Shown here piece by piece: positions 24,568 to 37,919 of a stretch of 64,000 nt of DNA (its first letter is position 1; every line of letters begins with the position of its first letter). This stretch comes from Azolla caroliniana (taxonomy: Eukaryota; Plantae; Polypodiophyta), in the NCBI GenBank assembly GCA_043228905.1, contig JBHGNT010000006.1:20274001-20338000 (forward strand). The letters run 5' to 3'. The notes under the pieces are model-generated. The model ran no database searches. It was not told where the DNA came from and worked only from the letters and a program-made list of their open reading frames with translations. The position numbers and the translations under genes were made by a program.

Positions 24568-27500
24568 TGTCGCGTTGTTACGCGCGTGCGTGGAGAAAGG
24601 CGGGACCACGGGGGTCTTGGACTAGGGAGTGATGGAGCGTAGGAAGTCGTGCTTCACTGTTTCTGGGGCATCCCAAAACACACCGGAAGCGACCGAAGGG
24701 AGAGAGAGAGAGAGTGTGTGTGTGTGTGTGTGTGCTTAACACCGACTCACGCGCACACACGAACACACACGCACGCACACACAGCCCAACCCGACTCACA
24801 CCCTTATGTACAGAAAACGTAGGAAAGGGGAAGCGCCCGACACCAACAGAGACGCGAATATACACATACAGACGCAAATGTATATATATATAAAGAAGAA
24901 TACATTCCCGGCTTCGAGCCGGACCGAGGTGGGTTATAGTAGTCGTTAGCTGCCAAGCCGCCGGTCGGGGAGCTCACGGGCTCGTCGCGCCGAGCGCGGT
25001 CTTGCGCAGGAGATGAGCTACAGCAAACCCTAAGCGAACATGAAGGGGGAGAAGAAGAAAAAACTAACTCTAAACCTAACGGTATACCCTCTAATGCAAA
25101 ATGGGCAACCCTTTCACAAAGGGTGTTCCCTTCCTTTTATAGAACAAGGACAGGGATGTGTTACAATGTGGGATAAACCCCGACTTACATGGGACCGTAT
25201 GTCCCGACTTGACTACACTTCGGCGCCATAAAGGCGCCCTCGTTATTCACACTAAATGTACAAGGGTGAGCACACACGCTGCACCCGCCGATGTAGCCAA
25301 TGTTTCTCGGTTTCCGCCTCTGGCCAAAATTCTTCACGACATCTGCCCCCACCTAACTGCACGTCCACCGGTACGTGCCAAATCTGGTTGAAGGGTGAGA
25401 GATTTCGGCCGGTGAGAAACCGGTCTCCCGTGATCCGCATCTCGGCTCGCTGCCGGTTTGATCCGTCGACTTCGAGTCTTCCTTCGCGCTCGCCTCCCCG
25501 TAGGCTCGTTCGACTCGTCGATGGGTCCTCTGCCGCGATCTCCGTAGTACGCGTACTTCCATTGGCCCTTGTTCGGCCGTATGAACGCCCGCTTCCCGCC
25601 GTATGCCCGATGTCCTCCACTTGAGGCATGCCCGTAGTGGCCCGCTTGGCCTCCGTTGTCCAATCGTGATGTCCTAATGGTCGTCCCATGTTGTTTCACG
25701 TTGCCTTCGTCCTTTCGCCGCCACGTTCCTTCTCCATGGTCTTACATCGCCGCGTCGGCTCGAACCGCCATGATCTCTGGAATAGTGTGGAGGATCCCTT
25801 TTCGGCCTGATCGTGCATCTCCGCTCACCCGCATACCGATGTCCTTTGCATCCGAGGAGCACCCTGCAGTAGCCCGCTTGGCCCTTCCCGTCTTTGTGCC
25901 ATTGCAACAGGTCCCGAGTCTTCCGCTTGCCGTCGTCCCCTCGCCCCACCAGCTTGTCACCCCGGGCTTGTCGTGTCAGTCTTCGCTACTTCGACGGAGC
26001 TCCCGAGATCTACGAAGCGAGTGTGGAGGATCCTCCTCCGGCCTCTCTTGCCATCCCCTGACTCCGACCCTGTGCAGTCCACTAGGCACTTGTCACCTCG
26101 TTCCCGGCACCTCCCTTGTGCCGTCTTCCGCTTCCCCTGTACGGTACTACCCGTGCCGAACATTGTCCCGTAGTCACGCTTCGACCCGGCCCGCGATGGC
26201 CACTTGCGAGACTCTTGTTCAGTCCAAGGTGTGCCTTTCCGGCCTGATACACCTCCCCGTATTTGCCGCTACCGACTCCTTCCGAAACCTCGTGTCGTCG
26301 GGTCCTGTTCCTTGCCGCCACTGTCCTTCTCCATTGGTCTTACGTTGCCGCGTTGGCCGATCAGCCAAGGTCTCCGGATCGGTGTGAGGGTCCCATAGGA
26401 CCGGACTCCGTTTCTATGCCTGCCGTAATTCGGGTGTCTTTTGTTTGAGTCCCTCCCAGACTCTCCTCGTGTCTTCCGCGTAGTCGGGTCCCGTTTCCCG
26501 CCGCCACCAACCTTCTCTCTCGGTCTCATGTTGCCACGTTGGCCGAACTGCCGGAGTCTCTGGTTAAGTGTGGGGATCCCGTAGGACTAGACTTCCTTAC
26601 GCCCTTGCCTCTGTCACCTCGCCGCCACCGTCAGTATCTTGGTCTTACGTCGACCACGTTGCCGACTGCCGAAGTCTCTAGAACCGGTGTGAAGGATCCT
26701 CCGTACACCGCCCATCCGTAGCCCCTTTGCCTTCGTCACCTCGCCGCCACCGTGAGTATCTTGGTCTTACGTCGACCGCGTTGCCGACTGCCGAAGTCTC
26801 TAGAACCGGTGTGAAGGATCCTCCGTGGGCCTCCGATTTGTATTCCCGACCCTATCCCGGGTCGTCCTTTTCCGCATGCCGAGAGGGCGTTTTTTTCCGC
26901 ACCCTCTCCCGTGGTACCGACGTACCGTGTCCTCGGCCTCTTCGTAGGCCATCTCTCTTCCTCCCTCCCAGAATGGTCATCCGGGAGTCTGCTCCGCCCG
27001 GTTCTCGTCCGGGTTCGTTCGTCCTTCTCCGGATTGCCGGGTCCCGTTCTCTTGTCGCCACCGATCTCTCTTGTCGGACTCACGCCGGCACTCGGGCCTG
27101 CAGCCGGATCGGTGTAAGGAATCCCATAGGACCGGCTTTCATTCTCCTTCCAAATCTCGACCTTCGCCCGATCGGTCTTTCTCCCCATGTAAAAGAGGGC
27201 GGCTCGTCCCGCACCCTCTTCCGTTTCGGCACTTTCATGCCGAATCCGGCCCCAATCGAACAATCCACGACCGGATCACATTCCATCCGTATCGGAATGC
27301 CGATCTCCTCGTGCCGCTTCCGTCCTCGGCCTCCTCGCAGGCCGTTTCCCATCCGACTTCGTTGGCATCGTGCCGGGACTCCTCGGTACTGCCATCCATA
27401 TCCTCGGTCTTACATGGCCATACGGGCCCGAATGCCGAGTTCTCCGGAATCGAGTCCGTGGGCTTTCGTCTGCTCCTTCCCCGTATCGTATCACCGGTGA

Positions 27501-28840
27501 TTCTTGGCCCTTCGCCGCCGCCTTCCTCCGCTTGGGACTCACGTGGGCACTCGGGCCCGACTGCCATCGCCTCGGGAGCAAGTGTGGGAAGACACAAAGA
27601 ATCGCCCGTCCGTTTTACGCCTTTGTCCATAGCCACTGACTCTTCGTGGTCGACGGTCGTCTTCTTACCGATCGCTTAAGCCCTGTCTGGGCTTGCTTCT
27701 CCAATGACCGGGGTTTCGGGCTGACACGCCCGAAACCGCTAGTCCCAACTATCCGGTTCCGCGATTTGTATCTCGGCCTCGTCCTTGGCCGTTCTATCTC
27801 CACAAGTCGAGAGGGCGTTTCGTTCAGCGCCCTCTCCCGTGGTACCGTGGTACCGATCTTCCGCCGGCGCGTGGGGCAAGTCCGTCTTCTCAGTCTCGGC
27901 TTGCGGCCTCCGTCTTTCCTCTTCCTCGAGCATCGCCTCGAGAGCTGCGTACGCCTCCGCAATCCTGGCCCCAACGCCGACCCTTGCCGACTCTCTTTGC
28001 CGTTCGGCCTTTTCCCGTTGTGATGGCACGCCGTTGCGTCCCTTCCTCTTAGCCTTCTCGGCTCGCTCGTTGTCTAGCCTTTGGCACACCCTTCCGACCT
28101 TCGACCAGTCCTCCGTAAGCCCATTCGCTGCATCATCGTCTTCGAGCTCAATCCTGATGGCTTCCCGTTCCGCTTGGTCGATCGACCTGACGAACAAAAG
28201 GACTTTGTCCGCCCCCACCAAACCTTGTTCCCGCTCCGGGAGCCGAGCAAGCCGTCGCTCGAACTCTCGGAACGCCTTCGTTGCACCCCGGTGGGTCTTT
28301 GCCGATGCTACCCACTGGTCGAAGTCGTTTCGTCCTCGGCTCTTCCGCCATCCTCCGTATGCCTTCAGGAGTGCCTCTTCGAAGGCCTCCCACGAACTAT
28401 GAGCCTCATGGAGCTCCTTTATTTCCGCATGCATCTGGACATCTACGACCCGACAGAAGAACTCCAGCCTCAACGCCTCGTCTACGCCACACTCCTCCAT
28501 TTCCGCATTGTAGGCTTCCATGTAAGATGGGACTTTGTCCCCGTTAAAACGACCGACTCTTTCGACCACTCGCTCAACCGCTTGTTGTGTTGCTTCTCGC
28601 CTCATCACCACTCGTACCGACTCTAACACCACTTCGGCCACCATCTCCGCAAGGTCGTCGTCTTTCGACTCCATCCTCCCTTGCCGCCTTTCAGGTCGGG
28701 TTCACCAAATATGTCGCGTTGTTACGTGTGTGCGTGGAGAAAGGCGGGACCACGGGGGTCTTGGACTAGGGAGTGATGGAGCGTAGGAAGTTGTGCTTCA
28801 CTGTTTCTAGGGCATCCCAAAACACACCGGAAGCGACTGA

Positions 28841-28880
<40 letters not shown>

Positions 28881-29490
28881 TGCTTAACACCGACTCACGC
28901 GCACACACGCACACACACGCACTCACACACAGCCCAAGCCGACTCACGCCCTTATGTATAGAAAACACAGGAAAGGGGAAGCACCCGACACCAACAGAGA
29001 CGCGAATATACACAGATAGACGCAAATGTATATATATATAAAGAAGAATACATTCCCGGCTTTGAGCCGGACCGAGGTGGGTTACAGTAGTCGTCAGCTG
29101 CCAAGCCGCCGGTTGGGGAGCTCACGGGCTCGTCGCGCCGAGCGCGGTCTTGCGCAGGAGATGAGCTGCAGCAAACCCTAAGCGAACACGAAGGGGGAGA
29201 AGAAGAAGAAACTAACTCTAAACCTAAGGGTATACCCTCTAATGCAAAATGGGCAACCCTTTCACAAAGGGTGTTCCCTTCCTTTTATAGAACAAGGACA
29301 AGGATGCGTTACAATGTGGGATAAACCCCGACTTACATGGGACCGTCTGTCCCGACTTGACTACTCTTCGGCGCCATAAAGGCGCCCTTGTTATTCACAC
29401 TAAATGTACAAAGGTGAGCACACACGCTGCACCCCGCCGATGTAGCCAATGTTTCCCGGTTTCCGCCTCTGGCCGAAATTCTTCACGACA
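24568..29490 (-). mobile_element. Non-autonomous gag-only LTR element F
   Basis: LTRs 24568-25341 and 28712-29490; tRNA-Trp PBS 28690-28707; PPT beside 25342; 4-bp TSD CGGC/CCGC; no pol motifs. Confidence 0.92.
27739..28674 (-). CDS. gag: Gag-like protein of element F
   Basis: VERVVERVGRFNGDKVPSYMEAYNAEM aligns with J Gag VERLVQRNGQFNGKDVSRYLQDYKAEM; also DKVLLFVRSID and GLTEDW. Confidence 0.8.
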   Translation of the reverse strand: MESKDDDLAEMVAEVVLESVRVVMRREATQQAVERVVERVGRFNGDKVPSYMEAYNAEMEECGVDEALRLEFFCRVVDVQMHAEIKELHEAHSSWEAFEEALLKAYGGWRKSRGRNDFDQWVASAKTHRGATKAFREFERRLARLPEREQGLVGADKVLLFVRSIDQAEREAIRIELEDDDAANGLTEDWSKVGRVCQRLDNERAEKAKRKGRNGVPSQREKAERQRESARVGVGARIAEAYAALEAMLEEEERRRPQAETEKTDLPHAPAEDRYHGTTGEGAERNALSTCGDRTAKDEAEIQIAEPDSWD

Positions 29491-31018
29491 CCGCGCGTGC
29501 CGGCAAATCAAGCAAAGGCTGAAGTAGAAGACCGATGATTTTGATCATCTGCATTGGGACTACAAGCAGCTAGAGACGGAGTATAAGCAACAGCAGGAAC
29601 AGATGGTCGAGCTCTAGCAAGAAGTTGATAGGGCCACAACGGCACTCGCCGAAGAACGAGCTGAGAGTTCCAAGCTATTGGAGGAAGCGGCGAATGACCG
29701 GATGACGCTCCACAAATAGAACCATGAAGACAAGGAAAGAGCGACAATGGTATTACAGAGGTTGCAAACAACCTATCAAAATCAATTGTCGCATTATAGG
29801 GAGCAGGAGGCGGACACGGTCTGAATCATTAAGCAATTGAAAGAGGAGCGACAAGCCGCAGAAAATAAATCACAGATGGGAGCCGAACGGATCATGTGCA
29901 TCCTCCGGTCATGGCTCACTAAGACCAAAAGCTTGATTGACGACAGCTCTGTGCGTTGGTGGACGAAATGGGCGCAGAATACGGCGGAACTCCAATTGCT
30001 CAGGGGGGATGTGGAAAACCGGCGAAAGGAAGGTGATGACTGTTATACGTTGACATCGGAGGACTTCACCGCCATAAGGGATGAGTTGGCTGAAGATTTC
30101 ACAGCCCTAGCGGATGAACAATTGGTGCAGGTCCGGCAGCTCGTAGCTCAACTGGACGACGATCGGCTGGAGGCTCAAATCCAGTTTGAGAGCTATGAGC
30201 GGTCCCGGCTCCGGGAAGAAAAAGCGAGAAAGGCGGCAATGGTCAACCTTAGTGATGAGGAACCGTCGCTGATACTAGGACCAGACGGAGACCAGGCCGG
30301 GGTCAGTCAGCTAGAGACAACTCCGACGGAGGAACCTACGAAGGAAACCCCGGTGCCAGAGCAACAAACGGAGCCGCAACCCCAAACGGAGCAGCCATAG
30401 CCACAAACGGAACAGTAGCCACAAGAGCAACAACAGATTCCCAACGAGCCATTGGAAATTTTGGAGCAAAGCATTCTGGACATTTTGGACGAAGTGTAAA
30501 AGGGCCGGATAATGGGTTCGACGTACAAGGTACCGTCCCATGGGCGTGCCATGTGTTACCGGCCGGCAAGAAGGCTTAAGGAGGTCCAAACCAGAGTGTG
30601 AAAGGAATAGTTTATTCGGGAACTATTGTAATTAGTAGTCTTAAAATATATAGTAATATATGAGAAGATGTGGACGAACGGACCGGAATTGGTATGCCGA
30701 TCCGGATCCGGACCGATCCCGAAAAGGTGCCGGTTGGCACCGTTTTGTATTTCGCACCGGAGACCTATATAAAGGCCCAGTTACAATGTAATCGAGAGCG
30801 GATAATTAATAGAACTTATTGCTTTAATCTTTCAGCATTGATTACCGTTCTGTGCTTATTGTATATCTTACACGTGTTAATGATGTATTCTTAAGTAATC
30901 GATTAAGGTCTAGTTAAGCGTTGTGTCGTAAGTCATTCTACCGTACAACCCTTTGGTGAAGTGTCTTAAATAGACACCCTGTGTTAGGCTGTTGTCCAGC
31001 CCTAGGAGTAACAATCCA

Positions 31019-31508
31019 CGGCTTGTAAGAACATGATCACTTTGTCTGGTGCGAGGATAGTTTAATCTCTCACGGACAACCTCCCAAACCAACTTTCGAA
31101 TGCCGAAAACACATCAAGGACCTTCAACCCCTTGTCTGTTGTTTCCACCCAATCTTCGAATCCCCTTTGCGTTGCCTTGGAGGAGTCCTCGATGGCAAAC
31201 GTGGTCTTTAGCGCTTCTTCGAATGCTTCCCACGTTGGATTTTGTTGTCGTATCCCGTGGATACTTCCTTGAAGCCTGTCTGTAGCCACCCAATTGAAGG
31301 ATGTCACTTGCAATCCTTCCGATATTCCGCACCGTAGCATTTTCACCTTGTAATCCCACAAATATCGCGATACATCCTCCCCGTTGAATTGCCCATTACG
31401 TTGCACGAGCAGCTCTACTATCGCCGCAATCTCCGACATCGCGTGTTGTTCTTGTAGCATCCGCTTGAACATCGCCATCATGTTGTTAGCCTCTTGTTGA
31501 TTTTCCAT
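31019..31508 (-). pseudogene. gag: Gypsy A gag N-terminus
   Basis: MENQQEANNMMAMFKRMLQEQ closely matches the J Gag start. Confidence 0.9.
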
Positions 31509-31546
31509 CTCCTTGCCCCCCATTTTCACGTTGGGTTCACCACTTG

Positions 31547-32193
31547 TGTCGGGCCTTTCGCTCCGGATCGTTTGCGTGAGTCGGGTGGGAATCGCTGGGG
31601 TTTTGGACTAGGAGAAAGAAGAATATGAGATAAGGTTAGTTATGAATAGATTGCAAGATGAAGATATGAAACTCGTGAATCCCACGAGTATAGTGTATTA
31701 ATTGATACTTAGATTGTAAGAGAGAAATAGATGGCAAAATTGTGAATTCCACGAATATTTTATATTAATCAACCCTTATAAAAAAATCAACAACCACTAT
31801 ACATCTTTCTCTCTTCCTTATATAGTGATGGAAGAGTCTATGTTTATCACATGCAAGCATCATGCTTTTTCTGACTTTAGTTTTCATGCACACTACATGT
31901 GCATGATTAGCTTTCTATCACATCTTTTCTTTTAACTCGAGTGTGTATGCATGAATAACTTTTTCTATCATGCTTATCTAGAATATTTACATGGGATAAA
32001 GTTTAGCAAAACTTTAAAACTCATAATATGCTGATACAGTGGTAAGCTTAAACTCGGTAGCATGGAGGTACAGGGTTCAAATCCCACCTTATACATGTAA
32101 CATAATTATTGTAATATTTCTCCTATTTCTTTATACTTAGTCAATCGGGTACTCCACATATATTTTACGTAGTGTACCAAGTACACCACGACA
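31547..32193 (-). repeat. Gypsy A 5' LTR (A/B-box cassette at about 32025-32097 on +)
   Basis: TGTCG...CGACA; PBS at 31525-31542 with a 4-nt spacer; outer flank ACGT. Confidence 0.92.
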
Positions 32194-35100
32194 ACGTGAT
32201 GTCGACCCTCGGACACAATGTTGTGGTCTGAATCGCCAACTCTACCATTCTCTGCACGTTGTCAGTCACCGCGTTGTTTAATGGATCGCAGAAGACTACT
32301 TTGTCGGTAAGCTTAGATACTTTCTGTCGCATCTTCGTCCACAACACCGAATGGTCGTCATGCACGAACAGAATGAACATAAAATCACGTTCAGCCACCT
32401 TCCTAAGGATGGGTTGCCCCTTCATCGCTTGTTGGTGTAGATGCACCCACAATGGGTTGACGATGGTGAAGCGTTCTGTCACCCCGGGTGGCAGCGAGTA
32501 CTCCATAAACAACATGAATAAGGTCATAGTCCACATTGATGCCATTTCATGACACTTGCACATGCTCTCAAGGTCTGACTCAGTAACGTCAAGGGCCATA
32601 TTGAGACGTTGGCAGGTTAGCTAGTACTTGAATGCATAGAAATATGTAGGTTGAGTAGGTATATCACACTCAATGTCAGGTAGTAGGATACTAATTTATA
32701 TTTCACATAAAAAATACTTGGAAAGGTGTTTATTCGGTGTTTGGATCCACAACCTTATGCCCTTGTCGTGCTGAATTTGAACTGTGGCCACATCCAATGC
32801 AACGTCATTTGAATCTGATGTTAGGGTGACATAAAGATCAATGTTTGACTCAACCTCCTTCCATCGGACTGGCATCTTCTATTGTCTCTATCTCGGTGGA
32901 GTGGACACACCACCCTCAGATGGGTTTAGAGCCTCACTCACATCTGTGGACACACCCTGCGGTTGGGTGGATATCCCCGCCTTTTTACACCGTCTCACCA
33001 CAATAAGAAACATGTTATTATTTGAATTCTGCCAATAAACCCTCAAATACATATCTCAAATGAAATCCTCGCTCATACTTACAAAAGAATCCAAACCGGA
33101 TCTTATCTTCTTCGTCAACATCTCCAAACGCTCATTCTTTTTGGAGTCGTATATGGCCATCTCATTGTCCATAAATCGTGCTACGAACTCTGCCTTTGTG
33201 TCAAGACAGAGTTCAGTGGGAATAGAGTTGTACCTCAAAACAACCCTAACCTTCAACTTCTGGATATGTGTTTGCCGATTTCTATTGTACTTGATTTTGG
33301 GGTCCATGAATCTTCTAAGTGATCTCTGACGCTCATAGCTATTAAAGCATGCCCCCGGAGTACCCTCCTCTATACGCATCCCTCGTGGTAGGACTATGCC
33401 TATTCCATGTTCCCTGAGTAAATGTGATTCCATGTCACTTTTTTTACGATACCACCTTGGCGAGAGGCGGCAATACTCAATATAGATACACGCATGGGCC
33501 TTGTTGCCATTTGCATCTCTTCCAACCTTATACAACAAGTCTGGGCCAGGAGCATCTGTTCCTTATGTATGTGTTACATATTTAAGATTGACATAAAGAT
33601 TGGCATAAAGATTGACATATTGCAATGACACCAAATCCACATACCATTTGGAGCAGCATCTTGGTCAAATGTTGCCATGGCATGTATCGGCTCGACCTAA
33701 GGTAGATGAACCGCTAGTGTCTGATTCATTCTCTCCCCACCCTTAGAGATGTTGGTTGACGAACTTCTCCAATGTCTTCTAACGAAGTCCCTTTAACAAA
33801 TCACGAGTCAACATACATGCATCAAACCCTAAACCAGTATTAGGGGAGATTGGTTCGTGACATACCTATCTTGAGTTGGATATATGTCACCGTTATCGAA
33901 ATCCCACCAATGTTTGTACTTGGACTTGGAAGCCATCTACCACCATTCAATTTCGGTCACTGAATTAGAGATAAATATAATTGCATCATTTTGTTGGATA
34001 TGATGTCTTAAACAATGATATCTCATATACCCACATATTATAAGGACTGGCTGGGATATTTTGATGAGTAATGGGACAGACAGATATTGACAGCGAGTGA
34101 GTGGGATCAAATTATTTCCCTATGTTTATTTGTCCACAACCCAAAGCGAAATACCCACATGAATGAAGTATTTTATGTGCTCAATTAAGTATAGTTTCGA
34201 ACCACATCCTATGTGATCAAATAAAATCTGAATGGACTAGAACATACAATTCAATGTCATTTCTTCATAACATACAAATATAGATGTCGGTTTGACCATG
34301 TATGACCTTAAATAATAAACATAGTAGGAAGTAACTAAATACTTGTTATTACCATGCTCTTGGTCTTTTCACTCGATATGTACTGGCATTCTACTTCACA
34401 TGTTGTTGCTTTCACAGCGTTAGCAGCTACTAGCATTGCATTATGAAAAAAGAACAATTTAAAAATGCAAAGAAGGACTTATGGAGTTAATACAACATTA
34501 GTTGTTATATGTAGAAACTTACATTACCGATGCTTCATTGTGAATCCTAGCTCAGATTGGTACAAAAAATAATCACATATGACATTGCCAAAAGATTAGA
34601 TACACAAACTTAACATTGCTGATTCTGTGTCATTGAGACTGGCACAGATTCGTACAAAATAAAATTTGCATTTGTAGCATTACCAGAAGATTAGATGTTA
34701 TATTAAAAAACTTACAGTTATTGATGCATTGTTGTTGAGGCTGGCACAAATTTGTGATTGATCAAAAGCGTTATCGTTTGCTTTCACAAGGATACCTGTT
34801 AGCCCAAGTTTCACAGTAAATTACGAAAGAAGACATTAAAACTTGAAGACATAAATGTGGCCATATGCATATTTATCTAAGTATATCTAATATAGCATCA
34901 TCACTTACATATGTTTACATCACTGATTCATATACAACCCATTGTTCAGAAATGGTCAATGCTTGTACTCCTTTCCCTTTGTTCCTTTTTTAGTATGTAT
35001 ACAGTCCAAAAGAGAACCAAAACAACCTAAACTTTTCTAAACATAAACTTTCATATGTAAACATTACTAACTCTTAACGTGTGAAATGGTGACCAAACCA

Positions 35101-36490
35101 TGTGCCAAACCATTAAAATAAGTTATTTATGAACACACAATTCGCAAATGATAGCATTTGCATGATGATTACCTAATGATTCACTTGCACATTTATCATC
35201 AACTAATCTTTAAATAGAAGAGTGCATTCAATTACTGAATTATGTTTGAAATGATACATCTCTTCACCTCAATAAAAAAGGGTTTAGGGTTTCCATGTCT
35301 CATCCATGAATAAACAATCAAGAATCGATGTCAAACGTTTAGTGCCATTTGGGAGGTTACCAATACACAATCTAGCCACCATGATATTGCCTCAAGAAGC
35401 AGTCTTTTAGCCACGACTGGAGCCATGGCATTCATTTACACATATCAAGCACTAAAAGTTTGTAAACGATTACTTGCGGAAGCATTAGAAAACAGAGAAA
35501 GCAAAGAATACACAGAGTACACGGGAGAGACAGAGAGAGCAGAACGTAAAAGCTATATTCAAAAACGATATAAACACTATGTCTTTACAACTGTGCTCAG
35601 TAGCACTATTTATACAAGTCCTCGTGGGACTGACAGAAGTACCGTGTACTTCAATGCTCACACGAGCATCTGACACTTACTACAAGACTATAACTGCCTA
35701 GTAGTCTAAACTAATATTAGGCCTCCGGTTACCGTCTGGATCCGGCTAACCGGCTCCCCAACTCACCGGCTCTATTGCTTGCCGGCTCGGTTGCTCATGG
35801 CTTACCGATCCGTCTCGCTTGCCGGCTCAGGCTTATTCAGCCGATCCGGCTCCAGTTGAGCTTGTCGCTCAACAAAGTTGCATTTTAGGTATTGTTGAGT
35901 TGTCACGATCTCATATACATTAAACGATCATATCATTGTTGCCTTGTCAAAAGATCTCATTACAACTTAAATTAATTGAAAACCAAAGCTTGGTTATGTT
36001 CCTTAAGAAATAGAATGCCATTCATCCTAACCTTAAAGTGATGAAGAAAATATGTTAACATTTGCTAGAGGCCAAAATCAGTGATGGTACGGCCCATGTA
36101 CTTTATGACCCTAAACCCTAAACCCTAATCCCTCACCTCCATGTCTCCCCCCCATATGTTATATCCTACTTATCATGTTGCAATAATTAGATGCCCTCTA
36201 TATAGTCTATTCCTTCCTTTTATGTAGTAAAACCCTAATCCCTCAACAAGAAAAAAAAACCCTCAACTATTCCAAACCCTAATCCCTCAACTATTCCTAC
36301 CACATGTAAAACAAATCAGAAAAAGTGATGTAATAGGGTTTAATACATACCTAGGAATAGTGACGGAGGAGATTGATTGCCACTTATGTCAATTGCAGGC
36401 CGCCTGATGATAGTTTTCTTTCCTGACAAAAAAACCCTATCAATCTCGTTTGAAAAAATGAGAGATAATGACAGGTTTTAGGCTTTTATA
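32194..36490 (-). pseudogene. Decayed multi-exon gene ending in a Ulp1/C48-like peptidase domain, probably DNA-transposon cargo
   Basis: ORF 32165-32599 FMFILFVHDDHSVLW...VVFCDPL resembles the Ulp1 H and D motifs; ORF 33056-33538 has a C2H2-like C..C...H....H; several minus-strand GTAAG/GTATG donors; telo-box-rich region upstream. Confidence 0.45.
35461..35874 (-). mobile_element. Copia solo LTR related to the B family
   Basis: TG...CA termini, perfect TSD AAGTT, similar to the B LTRs. Confidence 0.9.
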
Positions 36491-37919
36491 GTCGTCGGTT
36501 GGGCGACCTGCATTGATGATTAAGTTGGTTGGGCGACCAACTTAATATAAACTTACCTGTGGTTGGGCGACCTCTGCAGAACTTTCTTTTTCGTGCCCTC
36601 TTTCTTATCGAAATCTGACAGTGCAGATCGCACACGCCTTCCTCTGAGCGACCTGCACTATCTGTGGCCGCGATCCCTCACCAACCCTCTTTATGATTTG
36701 TGTCATAATAGACACGTCACACATGAGAATGATGATGATGATGATGGACACATGAGCATGCTCGTGTCTACCTGCTACCAAATATTAAAAGAGGGCAAAC
36801 GAGGGAATCACGGGCACGAACAGTGTAGGTGGTCGCTTGCAATTTGTGTCGTCCTATATATGGATAAAAAGTTGAACAACGTTTGTCATCAGGAGTCAAC
36901 TCTCTGACATCCTCTGTCATAAGGAACCCTACCGACTCAGAGAAGGATCCCCGACTCAAAGGTTGACATCAAAAACTTCGAAACATTAAAAGTAATAAAG
37001 TAGTAAAATAATAGAGTTATTCTTGGGATTTGATAGGTGTAGAGTTCGAAGTTTTGTGGCATGCCAAGAAGTTTTAAGGGGCCCTAATAATGGTATTGAA
37101 TTCAACACCTTAATTATAAAATGTGTTCATGGTGCCGTAACAGTCTTAAAGATATATCTTCATATCATGGTGTGCATCCCATGGAATGGTATCATAGATA
37201 ATCCAAATTATTCCTTTGGCAAAATGGCATTGAATATGTGAAGTACACTCTCAAGATTGTGCACTAGGTATTAAATCACATATCTAACAAAACTCTTGGT
37301 CTCAAACGCAAGTTGTAATTTGATTACGTTTATATTAACGTGGCAAATCTTCCCTGTATTTAGATTTGGTCTTTTGGAGAAATAGTTGACAAAAGGTTGT
37401 CCTCTTAACACCCTCTTGATTGCAATTACTTCTCATCCTTTACCTGATTTATACTTGCATGGTGTAAAATTGTCATCACCAAACGCTTAACCATATGTTG
37501 TTGACTGTACCTCCGTGCCCTAGTATATAACTAAACATTTGCAAACTTTGATAATTCACAGTTCACTGATGACATTCTAAATAAGATTGTTCTCCATCTT
37601 AGATATCGTCCAATGTGCAATATTCTTGCCAACGATCAAACAAGTTGAGAACTTGAAAATATGAAAAGTTGATGTATGTATTGGAAATTTGTAATGTGGC
37701 CTATGCATGGATTGCTACAATAGTGCAATCGACTTTTCTATTATTGATTTATTAGCCAAGAATGCAAGTGAGAATTTAAGGTGGAATGCCCTTGAACTAT
37801 TTTGGCAACATGATACAACCAAATAGGTATTTATAGAAAGTCAATAAAGTTATTTATTTAATGCTTGTCTAGTTCAAAATAGCTTGAATACATGTCATAT
37901 CAATGACTTTGCTTGGAAA

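Larger units (their letters stand above)
22737..30500 (+). pseudogene. Extra ORF of element C downstream of pol (globular N-terminus, low-complexity linker, coiled coil), split by element F
   Basis: Fragments 22737-23237, 23279-23575, 23585-24025, 23977-24567, then 29495-30500 including 29837-30400; E/K/L/Q heptad-rich. Confidence 0.65.
14248..31013 (+). mobile_element. Gypsy element C, non-chromovirus (Athila/Tat-like), with an extra 3' ORF
   Basis: 460-bp LTRs 14248-14707 and 30554-31013; perfect 5-bp TSD ATCCA; PBS TGGCGACCAC at 14715-14724 (tRNA-Arg-like); RT FLDGFSGYNQI / VFLDDF. Confidence 0.93.
1499..32193 (-). mobile_element. Gypsy LTR retrotransposon A (tRNA-Trp-primed group), degenerate, host to nested insertions
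   Basis: LTRs 1499-2143 and 31547-32193, PPT 2144-2154, PBS 31525-31542; gag-PR-RT-RH-IN homologous to intact element J; sequence resumes correctly across Copia B and Gypsy C. Confidence 0.93.

Noticed and set aside
25252-27700. Many overlapping Arg/Pro/Gly-rich ORFs in F (and 43200-46350 in H)
   Set aside because: Expected in GC-rich repetitive DNA; frames are not consistently conserved between F and H and no domains are recognisable.
30535-30553. Missing polypurine tract in element C
   Set aside because: GGGCGTGCCATG may be a decayed G-rich tract; a single copy cannot show a novel priming mode.
36110-36285. Telomere or interstitial telomeric array
   Set aside because: Only scattered AAACCCT(A) telo-box motifs, not an array.
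36900-37900. Possible gene or transposase remnant
   Set aside because: AT-rich and stop-ridden, with no motif I can support.
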